Notes under the pieces: generated by a model | Seen by the model: only the letters and a program-made list of their open reading frames with translations | What the model was told of the DNA's origin: nothing | The model's database searches: none | Translations under genes and position numbers: made by a program | Origin: Halomicronema sp. | GTDB lineage: Bacteria > Cyanobacteriota > Cyanobacteriia > Cyanobacteriales > Oscillatoriaceae | Direction: 5' to 3' | Assembly: GCA_036704045.1 (NCBI GenBank) | Contig: DATNQM010000009.1 | Span: forward strand, 43,563-75,562 | DNA length: 32,000 nt | Part shown: positions 17,100-24,456 of the stretch, in pieces | Position numbering within the stretch: position 1 is the first letter of the stretch | Layout of the letters: the number at the start of each line of letters is the position of its first letter

Positions 17100-18896
17100 C
17101 TACTCTGCCATTAAAATTAACCGTTTTGGGTCTAATTTTACATACCAAGGTAAAGGTTTATCTTTAATTTTATCCCATTGTTCTTTATAAATTTCTGCCT
17201 GTAAATGATAGTCTTGCAAATGGGTGGCGGGGGAATGAAGTTTTAAATAAAGTGTCATTCTAAATGGAGTTTCACTACTTTGGGCTAACCAACAAGGAAA
17301 GGTATTTTTTCCTTCAAAAGAGTCTGTTAAAATTAAGTGATGGGCGCGAATTGCTACCCAAATTAAAGATTCAGAAACCGGCTCAATTACCTGCAATTTA
17401 CAGCCCCAGTCGAGGGCTTCTACAGAATCAGAACTGCGCTTGTTAATTCGAGAAAAATTTTTACAGCCGGTTAATAGCGCAACGGCATAACTAGATGGAT
17501 GTTTAAGAATATTTTCTTTTGGTGCTAAAGCCGCAATTTTGCCCCCATCAACTACCATTAAATTTTGACAAAGGCGATAGGCTTCTTCAAGATTGTGGGT
17601 AACAAATAAGGCAACTCCTTGATAGTTTATCAAGATTTCTTTTAATTGTTTTTCGAGTTGATGGCGTAAATAAGTATCAAGGGCTGAAAAGGGTTCATCT
17701 AATAATAAGGCTGCCGGTTCTATGGCTAGGGCTCTTGCTAAGGCTACCCGTTGTTGTTGTCCGCCAGAAAGTTGATGCGGATAGCGCTTTTCTAAGCCTT
17801 GTAATTGCATTTGGGTGATGTGTTGCTTAACAACTTGGTTTCGTTGATTGTTGGGCAAATTATGCAAGCCAAAGGCAATATTTTGAGCGACATTGAGGTG
17901 GGGAAATAAGGCATAATTTTGAAAAACAATTCCTACGCGGCGCCGGTGGGGGGGGATGTTGATTTTTTGATGAGAATCAAATAAAACTTGATTATTTAAA
18001 ATAATTTTGCCTTGGCTGGGAGTTTCTAAACCGGCAATGCAGCGCAATATCATACTTTTTCCTGCCCCAGATGCGCCTAAAATTCCTAAAGTTTCTATAC
18101 CGGCATTCATGGCAATTTTCAAAGAAAAGCCGGTTAGTTCTTTTTCTATTTCAACTTTTAAAAATTCATTATTGCTGAGAGGTAAAAAAGGTATAAAATG
18201 ATGTTTTTTTATTTTGTTAAGTGGAAGGGTACGACTTATTTTTGATGGCAAGAAATTTAATGTTGTGAGAACAATTAAAGAAATGGCTAAAATAATAATT
18301 ACCCACAGGGAAGCTTGCCTAATATCTCCTGTTTCTACAGCAAAATAAATTGCCATTGGTATTGTTTGGGTTTGCCCAGGAATATTGCCCGCCAGCATTA
18401 AAGTTGCGCCAAATTCACCTAATGCACGGGTAAAAGATAGAAGCGTGCCGGCTAAAATTCCGGGCCATGCTAAGGGTAACATAATATGCCAAAAAACTCT
18501 CCATTCTGATGCTCCTAATGTGCGACCGGCACTCAATAAATTCGTATCAATTTGCTCAAAGGCACCCAAGGATGTTTTATACATTAAAGGAAATGCTACT
18601 ACTGTTGCTGTAATTACAGTGGCCGGCCATGAGAAGATAATATTAATGTTAATTTGTGATAAAATTTTCCCCACCGGCCAGTTTTTTCCAAATAATAATA
18701 ACAATAAAAATCCGACAACTGTAGGCGGCAAAACTAATGGAGAAATTAATAAGCCTTCTATCAAAGGTTTGGCTTTGCCGCGATATTCTAGCATCCATCT
18801 GGCGGTAAAAGTTCCTAAAAAAAAGGTTATAATCGTTGCGGTAGAAGCTGTTTTAAGAGATATCCATAGGGGTGATAAATCGAGTTGATTTTCCAT
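17100..18896 (-). CDS. modBC: Fused molybdate ABC transporter permease / ATP-binding protein (ModB-ModC)
   Basis: The N-terminal ~220 aa is a ModB-type permease (AGRTLGASEWRVFWHIMLP loop). The ABC ATPase follows: Walker A GASGAGKS, signature LSGGQQQRV, Walker B LLLDEPFSALD. There is a C-terminal TOBE-like extension. The fusion is known from Anabaena. Confidence 0.9.
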   Translation of the reverse strand: MENQLDLSPLWISLKTASTATIITFFLGTFTARWMLEYRGKAKPLIEGLLISPLVLPPTVVGFLLLLLFGKNWPVGKILSQININIIFSWPATVITATVVAFPLMYKTSLGAFEQIDTNLLSAGRTLGASEWRVFWHIMLPLAWPGILAGTLLSFTRALGEFGATLMLAGNIPGQTQTIPMAIYFAVETGDIRQASLWVIIILAISLIVLTTLNFLPSKISRTLPLNKIKKHHFIPFLPLSNNEFLKVEIEKELTGFSLKIAMNAGIETLGILGASGAGKSMILRCIAGLETPSQGKIILNNQVLFDSHQKINIPPHRRRVGIVFQNYALFPHLNVAQNIAFGLHNLPNNQRNQVVKQHITQMQLQGLEKRYPHQLSGGQQQRVALARALAIEPAALLLDEPFSALDTYLRHQLEKQLKEILINYQGVALFVTHNLEEAYRLCQNLMVVDGGKIAALAPKENILKHPSSYAVALLTGCKNFSRINKRSSDSVEALDWGCKLQVIEPVSESLIWVAIRAHHLILTDSFEGKNTFPCWLAQSSETPFRMTLYLKLHSPATHLQDYHLQAEIYKEQWDKIKDKPLPWYVKLDPKRLILMAE

Positions 18897-18898
18897 TT

Positions 18899-19095
18899 TT
18901 TTCTGTTGGATATTGGTTTTTTTTTCACGCAGAGGGTACGGAGGTAGGCGCAGAGGGCACAGAGGGGGTTTTTTTTGGTAGGAGTGGAATTTCTGTGTTA
19001 ATTATTCTTTTCTGTTATGGCTTAATATTGGGTTTTTTTTTCACGCAGAGGGTACGGAGGTAGGTGCAGAGGGCACAGAGGGGGTTTTTTTTTGG
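18899..19095. repeat. Duplicated ~80-bp G-rich element (period 116 bp) in the modA-modBC spacer
   Basis: The 43-nt core cacgcagagggtacggaggtagg[c/t]gcagagggcacagaggggg occurs at 18926-18968 and 19042-19084 with 1 mismatch. Each copy is flanked by T9-10 runs and preceded by ttttctgtt..tattgg. Confidence 0.85.
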
Positions 19096-19149
19096 TTGTA
19101 TAAATAAGGGTGAATCTGCCTCTACAAAGTTGATTGGTATAAGTTAGGT

Positions 19150-19938
19150 TTAAATGCGAAATCCGTATTTTTGAAAGATTGCTTTTGCTGTATTTCCTTT
19201 GAGGAAGTTTACAAAGTCTCTGCTTGCTTGAAGATTTTTGCTATTCTTTAAAACCGCTACTGGATAAACAATTGGAGAGTGTAAGTTTTCTGGGGCTGTG
19301 GCGCGAATTTGGACTTTATTTGATTCTTTTGCATCTGTTAAGTAAACAATGCCGGCATCGATATTGCCTGTTTCAACAAATGTCAAAACTTGTCGCACAT
19401 TATTGGCAAAGACTAACTTAGATTTAATGTCGTTAAAAAGCCCTAAGTTTGTCAAAACTTCCTGAGCATATTGCCCCGCCGGCACGCTTTTTGGTTCTCC
19501 GATTGCAATACGTTTAATATCTGATTTTTTTAATTCTTCAAAATTCCTAATTTCTACCCCGTTTTTTGGGGTAATTAAAACTAGCCGGTTTGTCAGCAAG
19601 TTAATCCGCGTATCCGGTAGCAATAAGCCTTTTTGTTGTAAAGCATCCATCGGTTTTTTTGCAGCAGAAATAAATACGTCTACTGGCGCGCCTTGTTCGA
19701 TTTGTTGTTGCAATGCACCCGAAGCGCCAAAATTATAATTAACTCCAAATTGTGCCTTACTTTGTTGATAAAGTGGCTTGATTTCTTGCAAAGCATTTGA
19801 GAGACTAATGGCAGCCGATACTGTTAAACTTGTTTGTTGGGATACTGGCACTAACAAGAAATTTTTATGCAGTAAAAAAGACAGGAAAAGTCCACCAATT
19901 AAACACAGAATAACTATATTTTTTTTGTTCATTATCAA
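19150..19938 (-). CDS. modA: Molybdate ABC transporter substrate-binding protein
   Basis: Signal peptide plus ModA-type motifs (LTVSAAISLSNAL, NYNFGASGAL, VDVFISA), directly upstream of modBC on the same strand. Confidence 0.9.
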   Translation of the reverse strand: MIMNKKNIVILCLIGGLFLSFLLHKNFLLVPVSQQTSLTVSAAISLSNALQEIKPLYQQSKAQFGVNYNFGASGALQQQIEQGAPVDVFISAAKKPMDALQQKGLLLPDTRINLLTNRLVLITPKNGVEIRNFEELKKSDIKRIAIGEPKSVPAGQYAQEVLTNLGLFNDIKSKLVFANNVRQVLTFVETGNIDAGIVYLTDAKESNKVQIRATAPENLHSPIVYPVAVLKNSKNLQASRDFVNFLKGNTAKAIFQKYGFRI

Positions 19939-19976
19939 CTTTTTTGAAAATTACACTTTACCACAAATCAGAAAAC

Positions 19977-20936
19977 TTAAGGATTAAAAGGTTGAGATTT
20001 TCCCCCCAAGGCATCCACAATAGTTCGAGTATTAGCTACAATCATTTTTATATACGAATCACCTTCGCTTCCTGGTGCGCCAATTGAATCAGAATACAGC
20101 TGTTTTGGTGATAATTTAACTCCAGATTCTTGAGCAACAGTTGTAATTAAAGTTGGGTTAATTGTTGTTTCTGCAAAAAGAGCTTTTACTCGTTTAGATT
20201 TAATAGAATTGACTAAGTTTTTCACTGTTTGTGCGCTTGGTTGTTCCTCTGTACTAATGCCTATTAAAGTGCCTATAATTTCTAAATTATAAGCCTTAGC
20301 ATAATATTGAAACGCGTCGTGAGTAGTTACTAACAAACGCTGGTTTGGTGGTATAGTTGCAATTTGCTCACTAACCCATTGATCTAAACTTTCTAATTCT
20401 GCGGTAAGTTTGGCAGCATTTGTAGTGAATTTTTCTTTGTCTTCTGGAGAAAGCTGAATCAATTCATCTCGAATTGCATTAGACATTTTAATTACATTTT
20501 TAACATCTCCCCAAACATGAGGATCGGGTACTTTTTCTGCTTTTTTTTGTAATTCTAAAGGCTGAATAACTTCACCCACCGGCACCTGTTTTGCTTTTCC
20601 TCCTGATGTTTTCATCAGTTTAATTAAACCAGGCTCTAAATTGTAGCCATTATATAAAATTAATTGTGCTTTTTCTAAAGCAACACTATCCGCCGGCACC
20701 GGCTCATAAACATGGGGATCTGTCCCTGGTTTTAAAATGCCAATTAGCTTAATTTCATCCCCAGCAATGTCATCAGTCAAATCTTCAATAATTGTACTAG
20801 TTGCAACTACATTCGGTTTATTTTCTTGGGTTTTTTGCTCGTTTTTCGATGGGGAAATACATCCACTTATCGAAACACAGATAAACATTAAACATCCTAT
20901 TAAACTAATATTTTTGTTTTTTTGAATCAGGCTCAT
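19977..20936 (-). CDS. Metal ABC transporter substrate-binding lipoprotein (cluster A-I, TroA/ZnuA/MntC family)
   Basis: Lipobox ISGC. Metal-ligand contexts are DPHVYEP, DPHVWGD, TTHDAFQYY and LYSDSIG. There is no His-rich loop. Confidence 0.87.
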   Translation of the reverse strand: MSLIQKNKNISLIGCLMFICVSISGCISPSKNEQKTQENKPNVVATSTIIEDLTDDIAGDEIKLIGILKPGTDPHVYEPVPADSVALEKAQLILYNGYNLEPGLIKLMKTSGGKAKQVPVGEVIQPLELQKKAEKVPDPHVWGDVKNVIKMSNAIRDELIQLSPEDKEKFTTNAAKLTAELESLDQWVSEQIATIPPNQRLLVTTHDAFQYYAKAYNLEIIGTLIGISTEEQPSAQTVKNLVNSIKSKRVKALFAETTINPTLITTVAQESGVKLSPKQLYSDSIGAPGSEGDSYIKMIVANTRTIVDALGGKSQPFNP

Positions 20937-21099
20937 AAGCTACCTCTATCTATCGAATTATGCCGGTTTATAGATTTTTTCATTTTTCTTTCATTTTTGA
21001 GGTATGCTGGTAAAAAGTCAACCCTATTACCCGATTTTCACCACCCAAAAGAAAAAATGGGTAACTAAAAAAGCACATTATATAACTAATTCCTTCACC

Positions 21100-21915
21100 A
21101 TGAACAGTTCTAAGCAGCTAAAAAACACTAAATGTCTCCCTTGGCAAACCCATTGTTACCAAAGCTTTGAGGCTGCTAAACCGGCACAAAGCATCAGCGT
21201 TAGCCATCTAGGAGTTAACTACCGCAATGTGGAAGCCTTACGAGATATTAATTGTATCATTCGTCCGGGTAGGCTCACAGGCATTATTGGGCCTAATGGG
21301 GCCGGTAAAAGCACCCTCCTCAAAGCTATGCTAGGCTTAGTTTCTAGCCACAGCGGTCAAGTTATGTGGGGTACACAATCTCTCTCACAACAACTCCATA
21401 ACATTGCTTACGTTCCTCAACGCTCACAAATAGACTGGACTTATCCCGCCACCGTTTGGGATGTCGTGATGATGGGAAGAGTCAAAAAAACTGGCCTTTT
21501 TCGTCGTTTTTCTACTGTCAGCGGCAAAATTGCCGAAAATTCTTTATCTCGCGTCGGAATGCTCGACTATCGTAATCGTCGCATAGGTGATCTCTCTGGA
21601 GGACAACAACAACGAGTCTTTTTAGCCCGCTCCCTCGCTCAAGAAGCGGAAATTTTTTGTTTTGATGAACCTTTTGTGGGCATCGATCAAAAAACCCAAA
21701 ATATCATTTTTAACATCTTTCAAGAACTAGCAGCAGCCGGAAAAATAGTATTAGTTGTTAACCACGATTTAGGGCAATCAATTACTCATTTTGACGACTT
21801 AGTTTTACTCAATCAAGAAGTCATTGCCACCGGCACTCGTCAACAAGTCCTCACTCCAGAAAACCTCTACCTTGCCTATGGTGGTCATGTTATGTTTTTC
21901 GCCGAAGCAGCTTAA
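21100..21915 (+). CDS. Metal ABC transporter ATP-binding protein (ZnuC/MntA type)
   Basis: Walker A GPNGAGKST, signature LSGGQQQRV, Walker B IFCFDEPFVGID. I prefer the ATG at 21100 over the track start at 21004, whose extra 32 aa are Lys-rich and lie in the divergent promoter region. Confidence 0.85.
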   Translation: MNSSKQLKNTKCLPWQTHCYQSFEAAKPAQSISVSHLGVNYRNVEALRDINCIIRPGRLTGIIGPNGAGKSTLLKAMLGLVSSHSGQVMWGTQSLSQQLHNIAYVPQRSQIDWTYPATVWDVVMMGRVKKTGLFRRFSTVSGKIAENSLSRVGMLDYRNRRIGDLSGGQQQRVFLARSLAQEAEIFCFDEPFVGIDQKTQNIIFNIFQELAAAGKIVLVVNHDLGQSITHFDDLVLLNQEVIATGTRQQVLTPENLYLAYGGHVMFFAEAA

Positions 21916-21944
21916 AAATATCCCCCTTATTCTCAATTTTTACT

Positions 21945-22796
21945 ATGTTAGAATCCTTAATTGAGCCATTACAATATGGCTTTATGCAACGTTCCCTGAT
22001 TATTGCAATTTTAGTGGGATTAACTTGTGCTGTTGTCGGCAGTTATTTGATGGTACAAAGACTCGCCTTACTCGGTGATGCCATTAGTCATTCTGTCTTA
22101 CCAGGTCTAGCAATTTCCTTTATTTTAGGCGGCAATATTTTCATCGGCGCTTTTATTGCCGGCATCCTCAGTACCGTTGCTATTGCTTGGATTCGCACTC
22201 GTTCTCCTATCAAAGAAGATGCGGCAATGGGCATTGTTTTATCATCATTTTTTGCCCTGGGAATCACTTTAATTACTCTTGTGCAAAAAGACAACAAAAT
22301 TGACCTCAATCATTTCTTGTTTGGTAATATTCTCGGTGTTTCTCCCGACGAAGTTAGAGACACAGCTTTAATAGCTGCATTAGTTTTATTTGTAGTAATT
22401 ATCCTCTACAAAGAACTCCTATTTTATACCTTTGACCCCACCGGCGCAAAAGCAGTCGGTTTGCCTGTTAATTGGCTAAATTTTGGGTTAATGGTATTAA
22501 TAGCCTTGACAGTTGTAGCCAGCATGAAAGCAGTGGGAGTTGTCTTAGTTTTATCTCTGTTAATTACACCAGGTGCCACCGCTTATTTACTTGTTCCGCG
22601 CCTCCATCAAATTATGTTTTTAGGTGCAATTATTGGCATCATTTCTAGCATTGCCGGAATGTATCTGAGTTATTTCTATAACCTACCTTCTGGCCCGGCT
22701 ATTGTTTTAGTTGTCTCAGGATTATTTGTTTTAGCTTTGTTTTTTAGCCCCAGTTATGGAGTTTTTACCCAAAAACTTTTTGCCAATAACAAGTAA
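21945..22796 (+). CDS. Metal ABC transporter permease (ABC-3 family, ZnuB/MntB type)
   Basis: 283 aa with 8-9 TM segments and a typical ABC-3 N-terminus (FMQRSLIIAILVGLTCAVVGSYLMVQRLALLGDAISHSVLPG), 29 nt after the ATPase stop. Confidence 0.88.
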   Translation: MLESLIEPLQYGFMQRSLIIAILVGLTCAVVGSYLMVQRLALLGDAISHSVLPGLAISFILGGNIFIGAFIAGILSTVAIAWIRTRSPIKEDAAMGIVLSSFFALGITLITLVQKDNKIDLNHFLFGNILGVSPDEVRDTALIAALVLFVVIILYKELLFYTFDPTGAKAVGLPVNWLNFGLMVLIALTVVASMKAVGVVLVLSLLITPGATAYLLVPRLHQIMFLGAIIGIISSIAGMYLSYFYNLPSGPAIVLVVSGLFVLALFFSPSYGVFTQKLFANNK

Positions 22797-22924
22797 CAAA
22801 TATAGTTTATAAAATAATTTATATAATTAAGAAATAGCTGGTTTCTGAGGGAAATCGGCTATTGAAATTGTGCCAATTATAAAATATTAGGTATAATATA
22901 TAGAAGAAAAAAATAGAGGCTTTT

Positions 22925-24355
22925 ATGGGTAAACGTTTATTTGGGGGATTTTTCGTAATAATTTTAATCGTCTCTTTGGCAATTATTTTAATACAAACTC
23001 AACCAAAATTTAACAAACCCTTTGCGCGGTCAGAAGCCTCTTTAAACGAACCCTGGCCAGTACAAACCGGCCTGCGAATAGCAACCTTAAATAAGCGTAT
23101 TCCTACCATAGATCGTGTCGTAATTGTTCCCGATGAAACTACTTTTTTAGCAGCTATAAATCAATGGAGTTTAAAAGGCAGATGGCCGATCTTAATCGAA
23201 GATAAACAATATACCCCTCTATTTCTTAATAAATTTAAAGCAGCCGAAGTTATTAAAATGCCGGCCGTCACAGCCCCGCCTAATCAAAACTTGCAAGAAG
23301 CAATGTTAAAAGCTGTTGCAAACGCATGGGAAGCAAAAGATAATGCTTCCTTGAAAAAAAAATGGGATAATTTAGGCTGGGAACCGCCAGGGGTTGTTTT
23401 CACCTCCTCTAAAGACTCTGCATGGCCGGCAGCCGTTGCCTTAGCAGCAGATCGCGGACAGCCTTTAGTATTCTTGGAAAATGATTTTGGTAGCCCCAAC
23501 AACAGCCTCACAACCGAACAGTGGGAAACCTTAAAAAATGAAATTAAACAAGGCGTAGAAAACACCGGCTACTCCTACGAAGATCAAGCTGACTCTATTG
23601 ATACCATCACTCTTGTTCGTAGTCTGGCTGTTAAATATCAATCTCCTAATAAAACCGACGAATTTTTATCTGTCACAGACGGTTTAAGTCGCAATATAAA
23701 TCAGACTCGCTGGGCCGTTACTAGCTGGATTTATGGAACACCGGCCCGCAGTGTATATCAAGCCATGTCCGCCATATTTCTACAACCAAAAACCGCCCTC
23801 CTTTATGACAGTTATTCCAAAAGTGGAAACTGGAAAAAATATGAAATGACCGAAGCCGCCAAAGAACTAAAAAAAATGGAAATAGATGTCACAATGGTAG
23901 AAAGACCGGCCTCAGATTTAGAAACTTGGCAAAGTTTAGCCGCCAAAAAATGGGAATATGATTTAATCTTAGTAAATTCCGCCGGTAGCCCCCAAAATTT
24001 TCATGTGGGTCGCCAAGACTACGCCACAGTTAAAGACATTCCCAAACTAAATTACCCCGCCGCTATTCATTTTATCCACAGTTGGTCAGCCACCACTCCC
24101 GATGATAAAGAAACCGTTGCCGGTCGTTGGTTAGAAAATGGCGCCTATATGTACACCGGCAGCGTTCAAGAACCCTATTTATCTGCCTTCATTCCCCCAC
24201 GATTAATTGTCAGGCGTTTACAACGTTCTTCACCTTTTTTAATCGCCGTTCGTCAGCTGGAAATGGAACCTTGGAAAATTACAACTATTGGCGACCCTTT
24301 AACAATTTTCACTAACCCCAGACGTCGAACTCCCCCTACCAAACTACCTCTTTAA
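22925..24355 (+). CDS. Membrane-anchored protein of unknown function (476 aa)
   Basis: A long ORF with non-repetitive, ordinary composition and one N-terminal TM anchor (FGGFFVIILIVSLAIILI). I recognise no catalytic or domain motif. Confidence 0.7.
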   Translation: MGKRLFGGFFVIILIVSLAIILIQTQPKFNKPFARSEASLNEPWPVQTGLRIATLNKRIPTIDRVVIVPDETTFLAAINQWSLKGRWPILIEDKQYTPLFLNKFKAAEVIKMPAVTAPPNQNLQEAMLKAVANAWEAKDNASLKKKWDNLGWEPPGVVFTSSKDSAWPAAVALAADRGQPLVFLENDFGSPNNSLTTEQWETLKNEIKQGVENTGYSYEDQADSIDTITLVRSLAVKYQSPNKTDEFLSVTDGLSRNINQTRWAVTSWIYGTPARSVYQAMSAIFLQPKTALLYDSYSKSGNWKKYEMTEAAKELKKMEIDVTMVERPASDLETWQSLAAKKWEYDLILVNSAGSPQNFHVGRQDYATVKDIPKLNYPAAIHFIHSWSATTPDDKETVAGRWLENGAYMYTGSVQEPYLSAFIPPRLIVRRLQRSSPFLIAVRQLEMEPWKITTIGDPLTIFTNPRRRTPPTKLPL

Positions 24356-24456
24356 TTACACTCAAAACATCCTCTTTAGCCCTAAATAAACTTCCCATCA
24401 AATACATCTCTTATTTACTTAAACATTTTTTTGAAACCCAAGTAAAAAAGCCATGT

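Noticed and set aside
16448-18888. Shadow ORFs 16448-16630, 17264-17446, 18007-18201 and 18385-18888
   Set aside because: They are antisense to serS and modBC. The 167-aa one mirrors the hydrophobic permease region.
18872-19063. 63-aa ORF spanning the duplicated G-rich element
   Set aside because: Its sequence (HAEGTEVGAEGTEGVFF, poly-Phe) is just the translation of the repeat and the T-runs. It lies on the strand opposite the operon.
18897-19976. Possible molybdenum-cofactor riboswitch or ModE-type operator around the mod genes
   Set aside because: The spacer upstream of modA is only 38 bp, and the modA-modBC spacer is a non-self-complementary duplicated repeat. I could identify no conserved riboswitch-like helices or TATAT-type ModE dyads.
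19224-20925. Shadow ORFs 19224-19421, 19778-19987 and 20737-20925
   Set aside because: They are antisense to modA and the metal-binding lipoprotein gene.
21004-21099. Upstream start (21004) for the metal ABC ATPase
   Set aside because: The extra 32 residues (MLVKSQPYYPIFTTQKKKWVTKKAHYITNSFT) are Lys-rich and lie in the divergent promoter spacer. The ATG at 21100 is more plausible, but this remains unproven.
22088-24315. Shadow ORFs 22088-22309, 23284-23565 and 24127-24315
   Set aside because: They are antisense to or out of frame with the permease gene and the 476-aa ORF.
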